From an uncultured delta proteobacterium (GTDB lineage Bacteria; Myxococcota_A; Polyangia; Polyangiales; B10-G4): 64,000 nucleotides of DNA. Below, piece after piece: positions 18,943-28,530 of the stretch; position 1 is the first letter of the stretch; each line of letters begins with the position of its first letter. Both the position numbers and the translations under genes were made by a program. The notes beneath the pieces were generated by a model. That model was not told the origin of the DNA and searched no databases. It saw only the letters and a list, made by a program, of their open reading frames with translations. The stretch lies in assembly GCA_963727445.1 (NCBI GenBank), contig CAVSGI010000017.1:1-64000 (forward strand), written 5' to 3'.

Positions 18943-20430
18943 GTGAGCACAGCCTCTCCGGGGCCCACTGAACGCGCCTACGAGCCCGTGGCAGACATCG
19001 CCCGAGGGGGAATGGGGCGTGTGGAGCTCGTCGTCCGTCGCGAAGGGCTTTTCGCGCGGATCTACGCGATGAAACGGCTCCTGCCCGAGCTCCTCAGCGA
19101 CGAGGAGTTGCGCGCGATGTTCATCGAGGAGGCGCGAATTGCGGGCCTCGTACGCCACCCGAACGTGGTGCCCGTGCTCGACGTCGGGGAGGACGAGCAT
19201 GGCCCCTACTTGGTGATGGACTACGTCGAAGGTGTCGCGGCGTACAAGCCCCTCGTGCAAGCCCGGGAGGCGGGTGCGATGCTCCCGCTCGGGCTCTGCG
19301 TGGACATCGCCCTTCAGGCGGCACGTGGGCTGGCCGCCGCGCACGAGCTCGAGGGTGCCGGAGGCAAGGCGCTCGAGGTGGTCCACCGCGACATCTCGCC
19401 TCAGAACATCCTGCTCGGCTTCGACGGTCTCGTCCGCGTCACCGACTTCGGTGTCGCGCGCGCCCTCGACCACCGCGCGGTCACCGAATCCGGAGCGCTC
19501 AAGGGCAAGATCGGCTACATGTCGCCGGAGCAGATCGCGCATCAGCCGCTCGACGGCCGCTCGGACCTCTTCGCGCTGGGCATCGTGCTCTACGAGCTGC
19601 TCACCGCCGAACGGCTCTACTCCGGCGGGCGCAGCAAAGCATTCGTTCGGATCCAGAACGAGCCTCCGCCCGACGTGCGCGTCGACCGTTCGAGCACGCC
19701 TGACGAGCTGGCCGACCTCGTTCGTGAGCTGCTCGCCAAGGACCGCGCCGATCGTCCCGCCACGGCTCGCGAAGTCGCGAGGCGCCTGGAGGTGATCGCG
19801 ACGTCGCTCGGTGACGCGGGCGACGTCGCCGCATACCTCGAGGAGCACTTCGGCGAAGAGCGCCAGCGTCAGCGCGCGTTGATTGCTGCCGCCCTCGAAC
19901 GCACCCACGCGGAGCTCACTCTCTCGGACTTGATCCCCGTTACCGCCGAGCTGTCGACCGTCCGGTTGGGCGGCGCCGCAGAGACCGCCACGGTGACGGA
20001 GCGGGATCCATCGCCGCCAGCCGAGGTCGCGTCGACGACCTTCGTCGGCTTGCGTCGACGGCTGACGCGGAATCCCCTCCGCACGGTCCTCGTCGGCGCG
20101 GGTTTGCTCGTCCTCGTCGGCGCCCTCGTCGCGTGGGCGGGCCTCGAAGGCAACGATGTGGAGAGTCCCCGGATCGGCGCTGCGGTGTCGAGCCCTGCCG
20201 CCCCCGTCGAAGACCCGGCCACCGGCGTCGAACCCGCCGCCCCGCCCGAAGAGACGGCGGAACCCGAAGACCCTTCCTCGGAGCCGGAAGGAGCGGAACC
20301 CGCGCCCATCGCGGAAGAGTCCGCCCCGGCGAGCCGACCCCGGCGGCCCGCCAGGACCCGTCGCCGGCGCGCCATGATGGCCACGGGACCAGGGCTTTCG
20401 ATGCGCGCCTGGGGCTGGGACGAGCAGTGA
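18943..20430 (+). CDS. Transmembrane Ser/Thr protein kinase
   Basis: IARGGMGRV, YAMKRL, HRDISPQN, DFG, YMSPE; TM VLVGAGLLVLVGALVAW. Confidence 0.93.
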   Translation: MSTASPGPTERAYEPVADIARGGMGRVELVVRREGLFARIYAMKRLLPELLSDEELRAMFIEEARIAGLVRHPNVVPVLDVGEDEHGPYLVMDYVEGVAAYKPLVQAREAGAMLPLGLCVDIALQAARGLAAAHELEGAGGKALEVVHRDISPQNILLGFDGLVRVTDFGVARALDHRAVTESGALKGKIGYMSPEQIAHQPLDGRSDLFALGIVLYELLTAERLYSGGRSKAFVRIQNEPPPDVRVDRSSTPDELADLVRELLAKDRADRPATAREVARRLEVIATSLGDAGDVAAYLEEHFGEERQRQRALIAAALERTHAELTLSDLIPVTAELSTVRLGGAAETATVTERDPSPPAEVASTTFVGLRRRLTRNPLRTVLVGAGLLVLVGALVAWAGLEGNDVESPRIGAAVSSPAAPVEDPATGVEPAAPPEETAEPEDPSSEPEGAEPAPIAEESAPASRPRRPARTRRRRAMMATGPGLSMRAWGWDEQ

Positions 20431-20437
20431 GCCAGTC

Positions 20438-21244
20438 GTGTCCCCTATGATGGAGCCGATGGTGCAGCTCCGCACTGCGATGGTCGTGCTCGCGCTAGGG
20501 CTCGTCGCGTCGTCATTCGTCGCGGCTCAGGCGAGTGCTGACGACTCGGCGCGAGCGCGCGTGCTCTTCGAACGCGGGTACGAAGCGCTCATGGCGGGAC
20601 GCTTTCCGGAGGCGCGAGACCTTCTCCGCGATTCGCTCGCAGCGCAGGCCCGGCCCGCGACGGCATTCAACCTGGTTCTGGCGCTGTTGGGCACCGAGGA
20701 GCCGGTCGCCGCGGGGAACATCTGCGACGGGCTACTCGAGGGTGGTTACGGAGCGCTCGACGGACCACACCGGCGAGAGGCCGTGCGCGAGTGCGCGCGC
20801 GCCAACCGTGAAGTGGGAACCCTCGTGGTCGATGTGAGCGACGCGGCCGATGGCGACGGGACGCCGCCGGCGGTGCGTGTCGACGCCGCGGTCGTGGCGA
20901 CGGAGGAGCGCACCGATGGGACGCAGAGCGTACGGGTGGATCCTGGTATCCACGTCGTCTCTGCGCGCAGCCCGGACGGCCGGTCGGTCGATGAGCGCGT
21001 GACCGTCGGTCGGGGAGAGACGGTGAGCGTCGCTTTGTCGCTTCCCCCTTCTCTCACTTCGGACGAGCGCACCACGGGCGAGAGCGGTCCGCCGTGGCTG
21101 CTCATCGGGATCGGTGCAGCCGTTGCGGCTGCGATTGGGATCGCCATCGCCATCGCAATCGCCGTGGCGTCGGCCAGCGGCGACAGCGGCACGAACGAGC
21201 CCATCACGGATCCCGTTTGGGGTGTGACGATGGCCCTGCACTGA
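20438..21244 (+). CDS. TPR/PEGA-like exported protein with C-terminal TM
   Basis: Signal peptide, ARVLFERGYEALMAGRFPEA TPR-like helix pair, VRVDPGIHVVSA, PWLLIGIGAAVAAAIGI. Confidence 0.85.
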   Translation: MSPMMEPMVQLRTAMVVLALGLVASSFVAAQASADDSARARVLFERGYEALMAGRFPEARDLLRDSLAAQARPATAFNLVLALLGTEEPVAAGNICDGLLEGGYGALDGPHRREAVRECARANREVGTLVVDVSDAADGDGTPPAVRVDAAVVATEERTDGTQSVRVDPGIHVVSARSPDGRSVDERVTVGRGETVSVALSLPPSLTSDERTTGESGPPWLLIGIGAAVAAAIGIAIAIAIAVASASGDSGTNEPITDPVWGVTMALH

Positions 21245-21360
21245 TCGATCTCGTCACTCGCGCGCTGCGGTCGACCCGCCCCCGAGGCTCAGTGCGGCGC
21301 TCTAGCCCGCGATCACGAGGGGCGATGCGCACCGACCCTAGGCGTGCGATGTTGGGGGCC

Positions 21361-22596
21361 ATGGGGTTTCGCGACAACCTGACGGCCGAGAGGGCGCGCC
21401 GCGAGGCGATGGAACGAGAGCTCGAGGAGCTCACGGACAAGCTCGCGCGGGCCGAGCAAGAGCTCACGGCCCGCGCGGACAAGGATGCGGCAGAGGAGGC
21501 CGAGATCGCCGAGCTCCGCGCGCGAGTGGAGAAGCTGCAATCCGCGGGCACCGAGAGTGCCGAGTCTCGGGCGAACAGGGCTCTTCTCGTGGTCTTGGCG
21601 TTGGGCGCTGTCTTGACAGCGGTCGGGGGGTTCTACGCCCTGCGCGACGGATCCGAGCGTCCACGTCCGTCGCCTCGAGAGGCGAGGTCGACGTCGCCCG
21701 GCCCGAGCGAAGACGCGCCGGCAGCGCCGCCTCAGCTGATCCTGTTTCCGGGTGTGCTCATCTCCGAGCGTCCGGGCGACATCCATCTCGGCGCAGGCTG
21801 CTTCGTCGAAGTCCACCTGCGCGCTCCGGGCGCCCGAGGACGCGTCGTCGTCACCTGCGCGGACACGCTCTACGACTCGGAGGCCGACCATGGTTCACCC
21901 ATGGCGGCGCGGCCGCCACCACTCGCGCTCCGATGGCGTCGTGACGAGACCGACGGCGTGCAGTATCAGCTCGAGATGCGCGATGAGCGCGCCGGCCACA
22001 CGGCCGTCGTACACACAGCGGTCAACACCGTCGAGCTCGGTCGAGATGACGAGTACCGCCGGCTCTACGTCGATGCGTGGAGCACTCCTCACGAAGGCTC
22101 CGCGTTCACGAGCGAGGCGCCCGAGCCGTCGAGCCCGCTTCGAAACGAAGTCGAGTCCATCACCAACCGCGGCAACGCGATGTTCAACCGAGTCCTCGCC
22201 GCCCAAGAGCGCTGCGGCCTCGGCGGACAATGGCGAGGCTTCCTCTACGCCGGGGCCGACGCGGCGGCGACCCGCACGGGGCCCCATGCCAGCGGCGACG
22301 TTCAACGGCTCATGATGACGCCGAGCGACGAGGCGAGCGACGACGGCTCCGAAGTCCGGATCACCGGCCTCTCGGGCCCTGCCGACGAATCGCCGGCGCG
22401 CGCAGAGCTCGTCTGCGCGGAGCGCCGCGGCTCGATCACGCTCGCGGACGGCAGGAAGCTCGACGGTCGCTTCGGGCCCTTCTTCATGACTTTCCTCGGC
22501 ACGGTGGAACCCACCCCGCCAGGGTCGCCGCAACGGCGTTTCGCCTTTCGACGCATCTCTCCACCACCCGCGCTCGACGACGCCAGCGCGCCCTAA
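21361..22596 (+). CDS. Membrane-anchored protein with N-terminal coiled coil
   Basis: E/R/A-rich heptads followed by TM LLVVLALGAVLTAVGGFY; start approximate. Confidence 0.75.
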   Translation: MGFRDNLTAERARREAMERELEELTDKLARAEQELTARADKDAAEEAEIAELRARVEKLQSAGTESAESRANRALLVVLALGAVLTAVGGFYALRDGSERPRPSPREARSTSPGPSEDAPAAPPQLILFPGVLISERPGDIHLGAGCFVEVHLRAPGARGRVVVTCADTLYDSEADHGSPMAARPPPLALRWRRDETDGVQYQLEMRDERAGHTAVVHTAVNTVELGRDDEYRRLYVDAWSTPHEGSAFTSEAPEPSSPLRNEVESITNRGNAMFNRVLAAQERCGLGGQWRGFLYAGADAAATRTGPHASGDVQRLMMTPSDEASDDGSEVRITGLSGPADESPARAELVCAERRGSITLADGRKLDGRFGPFFMTFLGTVEPTPPGSPQRRFAFRRISPPPALDDASAP

Positions 22597-22714
22597 GAAA
22601 TGCCGCCTCCTCGCAATACTCGCTTGGGCTCCAGAGAGTGGGCGCGGGCGCGTTCCCTCGGCTGGGCTCGGCGGCGGAGGTTGTGCTCTCGGGGCCGGCG
22701 GACTATCTAGCCGC

Positions 22715-23338
22715 ATGTCTCACGTGGTGATGCAGGCGGCGGAGCTGCCGAGCGTGGAAGATGCGAAGCGGGTGGAGGGGGAGCTCCTCGCGCTGGTCGA
22801 GCGGTACGCGGAGTTCGAGAAGACGGACGCGGATCCGTGGGGCGGCAAGACGGTGCCGGGGCCGCTCTCGGACTTCGGGGCGCGGTATGGCGTGGCGTGG
22901 CCGCTCGAGGAGCAGTCGCGGTTTCTGCTGAAAGGGCTCTTTCCCGATGTGGTGAGCGTGGTGCAGGTCGAGCGGATGGTGTTCTTCTATGGGGGCGGGT
23001 TCGACCTCGGCGGGGAGACGCTCCGGGCGGTGCTGCAGAAGATGGGAGCCGTCGGCGTGGCGGGCGCCGAGTGCCACCTGGTGATCCACGTGCCGTCGGC
23101 GGAGGCGCGCGCGGCGGAGCTCGCGTCGTTCCTCGAGGACGAGGACTACGACGACCAGTTCGAGGTGAGCGACGTCTGGGCGGACAGCCTCTTCTCGATC
23201 ACGATCGAAGACGGTGAGACCACGCGCTGCCTGTTGTTCGACGACTCGGGCGTGCAGGACTGGGCGTTCGTGGCGCTCCTGCCGCAGCTGGAGGGCGACC
23301 AACCCGCGCTGCGTGTGCGCGCCGCGGAGGGCGGATGA
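22715..23338 (+). CDS. Hypothetical protein
   Basis: 207-aa ORF with strong GC3 bias and normal composition. Confidence 0.75.
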   Translation: MSHVVMQAAELPSVEDAKRVEGELLALVERYAEFEKTDADPWGGKTVPGPLSDFGARYGVAWPLEEQSRFLLKGLFPDVVSVVQVERMVFFYGGGFDLGGETLRAVLQKMGAVGVAGAECHLVIHVPSAEARAAELASFLEDEDYDDQFEVSDVWADSLFSITIEDGETTRCLLFDDSGVQDWAFVALLPQLEGDQPALRVRAAEGG

Positions 23339-23352
23339 AGTAGCCGGAGCGG

Positions 23353-23645
23353 ATGAGCCGCGACGTCGATGGCGAGCGCCTCGCGCGTCCACCTCGAAAC
23401 GGTCACCGCAGCGGAGTCCGAGGTGCTGGGTTTCGGCGATCAGAATCCGTCGGCAGGCCCGAAGACCGAGGGCGCGATGCGGCGCTCCGCACGGCGTTCT
23501 TCTGCGACTTCTTGGAGGCGGCGCGGTCGATGCCGCCGCCGACGCGGGCACCACACCGGGAGATGGCGGTTGCGGCTGCGTCCTGGTGGTCTTGGGGTGT
23601 GTGGGTCTCGTCGGGTGCCGCCGACGACGGCGCCGTCGGCGCTAG
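23353..23645 (+). pseudogene. Degraded gene remnant ending in a MYXO-CTERM-like sorting signal
   Basis: DAAADAGTTPGDGGCGCVLVVLGCVGLVGCRRRRRRRR-stop (TAG 23643-23645) with no intact upstream frame. Confidence 0.4.
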
Positions 23646-23692
23646 TGCCAACCGTTCCCCCCGACGTTAGCGCGAGGTAAGCTTCGTGCGAC

Positions 23693-24343
23693 ATGGCGGC
23701 CCCGGACATCGCCAAGCTCTTCGATCGAAACAGGAGCGGGCATCGCCGGTGGCGAGAGCGCGCGGAGGCGCGCATCGTCACGTGGGAGTGGGCTAGCGGC
23801 CCGCTCGTCGGGCGCTCTACCCTTCCCTTCGCGGACTACGACGTCAACACGAGCTGGGGGCGGAAGCACCAGAAGGAGCCCGCGAAGAAGACCTCCAGCA
23901 CGGTGGCTTACGGCCTCGACGCCGACGGCGAGGTCGTCATCTGCCGCTCCCACGGTCCCGGCACCTCCTACATCGAGGAGATCACGCACCATCAGCGCAA
24001 CGGGACCGCGCGCGCGAAGTATCGGCACGACAGCGCGCTGGTCGCGGTCTCGTTCGCGTCCTACGAGGGTGGCAACCTCGTGCGGTTTCAGTGGAGTGAC
24101 TGGCAGCAGCACAGCTTGGACTACGTGCTCACCTACCGGAATGGCCGGGTGGCTCGCATGAAGCTGTCTCGGGTCAACTGGGGCTACCAGAAGCGATGCG
24201 TGTACGAGATGGACTGGAACGACGCGGGGCGGCTCGAGTCGCTCACCGTTCGGTACCTCCCGAAGGGAAAGCCCGAGCCGATCTTCCAGCGCGCAACCTG
24301 TGGTCCGAAGTTCCTCGAGCGACTGGCCGACGCCGGCCTGTAG
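23693..24343 (+). CDS. Hypothetical beta-rich protein
   Basis: 216-aa ORF, GC3 bias, repeating hairpin pattern (LDADGEV, YEGGNL, YRNGRV, WNDAGRL). Confidence 0.7.
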   Translation: MAAPDIAKLFDRNRSGHRRWRERAEARIVTWEWASGPLVGRSTLPFADYDVNTSWGRKHQKEPAKKTSSTVAYGLDADGEVVICRSHGPGTSYIEEITHHQRNGTARAKYRHDSALVAVSFASYEGGNLVRFQWSDWQQHSLDYVLTYRNGRVARMKLSRVNWGYQKRCVYEMDWNDAGRLESLTVRYLPKGKPEPIFQRATCGPKFLERLADAGL

Positions 24344-24419
24344 CCGCGTGATCGAACAGATCGAGGCGCGTGACTTTCGACGCGCTCTCCGCGTCGCCCG
24401 CTCTGGTACCATCGAACGC

Positions 24420-26504
24420 GTGACCGGTTTCTTGGCCGCGAGGTGCGTGCTGCTCGCCTCGTTGTGCCTTTCGGCGTGTGGCGATGCGACGAGTCCCGAC
24501 GCCGGATCGGACGCGACTCTCGACGTGGGCATGGATGCAGCCACGGTCGCGACAGAGCCCGTGATCCCATGGCTGGACGAAGGTACACCGCTCGGGGCCC
24601 CGTCCTGTCCCGATGGGTGGCACCTCGTCGAGGCCGAGCGAGGAGCCTTCTGCTCTCCTTACGAAAGCGGTGAGCCCGACGCCTGCGCCGTGGGTGAGGC
24701 ACATTTCGTCGGTCAGCCGGGCTGCGCCGTCGTGGGCGCGGCGTGCCCGCCCGGCACCTTCCCAGCGGACGTCGGCACCGATGCCACCGCCGTGTTCGTC
24801 GCAGCGGACGCCGACCCTGGGGGGGACGGTTCGCGCGCCCGCCCATACACCTCACTGTCCCAGGTGTCGTGGCTGTCCCTTTCGCCCGACACCACCGTGG
24901 CCTTGGGGCCAGGGAGCTACGAAGGCACGGTGACTCTGCGGCCCGGCGTCATCGTGAGGGGGGCGTGCGCTCGAGCGACGAGGTTGTCGGGGGTGGACGC
25001 GCCGGTGCCCGCAGTGGTGCGCATGGCGTCGGTCGGCGCTCCGGCTGAGCTCCGCGACCTCACGATCTCGTCGCCGCCCCAAAAGGGCGTCTCAATCGAA
25101 GACGGCGGGGAGCTGCACATCACCGGCGTCGTGGTCGAAGGTGCGAGCCAGGTTGGCGTCGAGGTGGATGGAGCGGGCTCGACGGCGATCCTCGAGCGCG
25201 TCGTCCTGCGCGGCGCCCGCGGGCTCGACAGCGGGCCCCAGGGTGCCGGCCTCAAAGCGCGCGTCGGGGCGACGGTCAGCGGACGTCAACTGCTGGTGCA
25301 AGGAAACGACGAGACGGGCGTGCTCGCGGTCGGGACGGGGACCACGGTGACGCTCGAAGACGTCGCGGTCCTCGACAACCTCCCCAACCTCCGCCCGGAC
25401 ATCATCGCCTATGGGCGCGGACTGTCGGTCGACCTCGGCGCGAGCCTCTCGCTGAGCCGTGCCTTCGTCGCTCGCAACCACGGGAACGGTCTCTTCGTGT
25501 GGGAAGCGGCAAGTCAGGCCGACCTGACCGACGTCGTCGTCACAGACACGTTGCGCGTCTCCGAGACCATCGAGGTCGGTCACGGGATCTCGGTCAAGAG
25601 TGGAGCGCGGCTATCCGCGACGCGACTCACGATAGCGCGAGCGCCCTTCGAGGCGCTCGACGTCAGCGACGATTCGGACGCCGTCGTCGAGGATGCACTG
25701 CTTGTCGACATCGGTCCCGCGTCGAGCGGGTCCGTGGCCGGAATCGCAGTAGCCTCGGTGAGCTCGCGGGTACGATTGAGCCGAGCCGTCATCGCCGAAG
25801 CGTCGAACATCGCGGTCTGGTCACTCGCGCCCGGCGCGGAGCTCATGCTCTCCGACGTCCTGGTGACCAGCGTTCGTCCCGCCGAGTCGCGGGGCTCCGG
25901 CTATGGACTGGTGGTCATCGATGGGGGACGAGCGACGACCGAGCGCGTCGTCATCGAGGGTGCGCGAGAGGCCGGCATCATCGTGACCACGGCTGAGAGC
26001 GCGCTGATTGCGCACGACCTCCTGGTCCGAGACACCCTTCCCCTCGAGGGTCCCGTCGAGGGTGGGAGCTTCGGCATTTTGGTCGAAGCCGGCTCCTTCG
26101 AGGGCGAGCGCCTGGCCGTCCGCGGGGCGAGCGTGGGCATGCTCGGATACGTGGGATCCGTATCCAACGTGCGCGATCTGGTGATCGACCGGATCGAGCG
26201 CGCAGCCTGCGGGGGCGCTTGCTTCGCGGGGGGCTACGGCCTCGCGGTCCACTCCGCCACCGCCGTGGTGGAGCGCTTCGCCATCTCCGACGTCGAGCTG
26301 TGCGGCGTCTTCCTGTCGCAAGGAAGCGCTGCGACGGAGCTCGATCTCCACGAAGGCATCGTTCAGGGCGCGGCCATCGGAGCCTGCTTGCAAGTGCCCG
26401 GGTTCTCGCTCGACCGCCTGAGCGACGACGTCCACTACCGAGACAACGGCACCAACTTCGACACCGATACGTCGCTTCCCGTCCCCACCATCCCGATGCT
26501 CTGA
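24420..26504 (+). CDS. Lipoprotein with right-handed parallel beta-helix repeats
   Basis: Lipobox LSAC; VFVAADADPGGDGSRARPY..., LGPGSYEG, many G-rich beta-helix turns; start approximate. Confidence 0.85.
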   Translation: MTGFLAARCVLLASLCLSACGDATSPDAGSDATLDVGMDAATVATEPVIPWLDEGTPLGAPSCPDGWHLVEAERGAFCSPYESGEPDACAVGEAHFVGQPGCAVVGAACPPGTFPADVGTDATAVFVAADADPGGDGSRARPYTSLSQVSWLSLSPDTTVALGPGSYEGTVTLRPGVIVRGACARATRLSGVDAPVPAVVRMASVGAPAELRDLTISSPPQKGVSIEDGGELHITGVVVEGASQVGVEVDGAGSTAILERVVLRGARGLDSGPQGAGLKARVGATVSGRQLLVQGNDETGVLAVGTGTTVTLEDVAVLDNLPNLRPDIIAYGRGLSVDLGASLSLSRAFVARNHGNGLFVWEAASQADLTDVVVTDTLRVSETIEVGHGISVKSGARLSATRLTIARAPFEALDVSDDSDAVVEDALLVDIGPASSGSVAGIAVASVSSRVRLSRAVIAEASNIAVWSLAPGAELMLSDVLVTSVRPAESRGSGYGLVVIDGGRATTERVVIEGAREAGIIVTTAESALIAHDLLVRDTLPLEGPVEGGSFGILVEAGSFEGERLAVRGASVGMLGYVGSVSNVRDLVIDRIERAACGGACFAGGYGLAVHSATAVVERFAISDVELCGVFLSQGSAATELDLHEGIVQGAAIGACLQVPGFSLDRLSDDVHYRDNGTNFDTDTSLPVPTIPML

Positions 26505-26559
26505 CGACGCGGAGCGCTCCGGTCGCGACGCGTGGACCTGCGATGCGTCGAGCGGTGAG

Positions 26560-27900
26560 CTACGGACAGACGGCGATCGAGTCGATCCAATCGCCGACGA
26601 GCATCACGCCGAAGGGGTCGACGAGGAGGGAGCCACGGGCAGGCATGCCCAGGCTGTCACGGCGGTCCATGCGGAGCCAGAGCGCGGAGGTGGTGTGGTC
26701 ACCCGCCGCGATGATGTAGTCGGCCATTCCGCCGACGTCACCAGAGCCCGGCACCACGTCGCAGGTGTTGGTCATGGCGAAGGGGGTCTGGTAGCGGAGG
26801 TCGATCGACGCCCCTACGGGGCCACCCGGCAGATGGCAGTGCGCGCAGTTGCCCTCGAGATAGCTGCGCGCGCGGTCTTCGAGGGCCGCGGTGGTATCGG
26901 TCGGGATGGGCATTCGCGGCAGGGTGTCGTAGGCGCCGGGCAGAGAGGTGCCGAAGAGGCCGATGTGGTCGAAGGCGCGGATCTGGTTGTCGACGAAGCC
27001 GCCGTAGTCGTGGTCGCGGTTCATCTGCACGGTACGCATCCCCAGGGTCTGGCCGGCGGCGTCGTTGTGGCAGCGCTGGCAGTCGTTTCGTGCGGGGAAG
27101 AGGTGGGTGTACGTCGACGTGGCGCCGCTGGCGTCGGTGACTGTGTAGTCCCCGGTGCCGCCGCCATAAGGGGCAGCGTCGGTGCCCGCGTCGTTCCAGC
27201 GGTACTGCACCTTGCGCCACCGAGTGCCGCCGACGACGATGAAGCGCGTCTCCAGGGGCTGGATGCTCGTCGGGTCGCCTTCGACGGTTTCGAGGAGGAA
27301 CTCCTTGATGATGATGGTGCCGTCCGGCAAATCCCACGCGCCGCGCTCCTGGTAGCCGATGGTCGAGGTGGTGTCGGGCATCACCAGGAAGCGCCGCTTC
27401 AGCGTGCCGTCCGCCCAGAGCTTCGAGGCGGTCTCGTACTGGATGAGCCCAGCCGCGGGCGTGCGCGTGGCGACGTCGGAGTAGCAGTTGGTGTCCGCGA
27501 TGCTGTCCGGCGGCGGGTCGGGGAGGTTGCAGGGGCTCGCGACGCGCATGTCGAGGCCGTAGGACGCCTCGCAGGTGCCGCCGACGCACGACTCGTAGTC
27601 GGCGCAGGCCATCCCGCACCCGCCACAGTTCGCGTCGTCGACGAGGGTGTCGACGCAGTCCCCGCCGCAGGAGGTGAGCATGCCGCAGCCGCCGCCATCG
27701 GTCGTGGAGGAGTCGGAGCCGCCGCCGTCGGTCGACGCATCGGAGCCCCCCCCGTCCCCTGCCGCGTCGGTCGACCCATCCACCGCGCCATCCGGCGGCG
27801 TAGCATCCGTGTCGCCATCCATCGGCGTCATCATGGTGGCGTCACCACAAGCGCCAAGCACGAGAACGAGCCCCCCGACCGACAACCATTCAAACCGCAT
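26560..27900 (-). CDS. Diheme c-type cytochrome lipoprotein, SO2930-like, with Cys-rich N-domain
   Basis: Lipobox LGAC; CQRCH and CAHCH; LWADGTLKRRF, PDGTIIIKEF, LETR, RARSYLEGNCAHCH, MPARGS. Confidence 0.85.
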   Translation of the reverse strand: MRFEWLSVGGLVLVLGACGDATMMTPMDGDTDATPPDGAVDGSTDAAGDGGGSDASTDGGGSDSSTTDGGGCGMLTSCGGDCVDTLVDDANCGGCGMACADYESCVGGTCEASYGLDMRVASPCNLPDPPPDSIADTNCYSDVATRTPAAGLIQYETASKLWADGTLKRRFLVMPDTTSTIGYQERGAWDLPDGTIIIKEFLLETVEGDPTSIQPLETRFIVVGGTRWRKVQYRWNDAGTDAAPYGGGTGDYTVTDASGATSTYTHLFPARNDCQRCHNDAAGQTLGMRTVQMNRDHDYGGFVDNQIRAFDHIGLFGTSLPGAYDTLPRMPIPTDTTAALEDRARSYLEGNCAHCHLPGGPVGASIDLRYQTPFAMTNTCDVVPGSGDVGGMADYIIAAGDHTTSALWLRMDRRDSLGMPARGSLLVDPFGVMLVGDWIDSIAVCP

Positions 27901-27979
27901 GGACGGAGCTTACATGCTCGGCAGCGAGCAACCTGCGCTCCGTTGCGCCCTCGGCCGGAAACAGAGCTATTCTCAGGCG

Positions 27980-28384
27980 ATGAAGCGCACGCTGCTGACG
28001 ATGTTCGCCATGCTTCTCGTCGCGTCGACCGCGTGCGGTGACGAGGAGAGGCACACGACTCCCCCGACCTCGGAGGCCGCTTCAGGCTCCGAACCGGCCA
28101 CTCCCGAGACCCACGATGAGCAGACGGGTCCATCGCCCTGGGGCAACAGCCTCCCGGACGACGACGTCGACGACAGCCAGTGCAGCGGAGCGAGCTCGGC
28201 CGGTCCGACGTGCGCGGCCAACTCCGATTGCGGCATCTGTCACGACGGCTCGGCCTGTGGACGCGCCGCCAATCGCGAAGAGATCGAGCGCCTCGGCGCC
28301 CAGTGCCGCATTCCCGACGCCGCCGAGTGCGAGTACGCGGTCGTCCGCTGTTGCAGCGGCCACTGCCAGGTCACGCCGAGCTGA
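27980..28384 (+). CDS. Small Cys-rich lipoprotein
   Basis: MKRTLLTMFAMLLVASTAC lipobox; C-terminal Cys cluster. Confidence 0.8.
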   Translation: MKRTLLTMFAMLLVASTACGDEERHTTPPTSEAASGSEPATPETHDEQTGPSPWGNSLPDDDVDDSQCSGASSAGPTCAANSDCGICHDGSACGRAANREEIERLGAQCRIPDAAECEYAVVRCCSGHCQVTPS

Positions 28385-28530
28385 GCCGTCCAAGAGCGGA
28401 TGGAATGGCGCCGGCCACCACCAGAGCATCGGTCACCCCGCGGAGCGACATCCCCAACCAGTGACACCCCTGCGGGGCGACGGATTTCTCTGCGGGTCCC
28501 GGGTAGACTCCGCGGATCAGGAGGTGGGGG

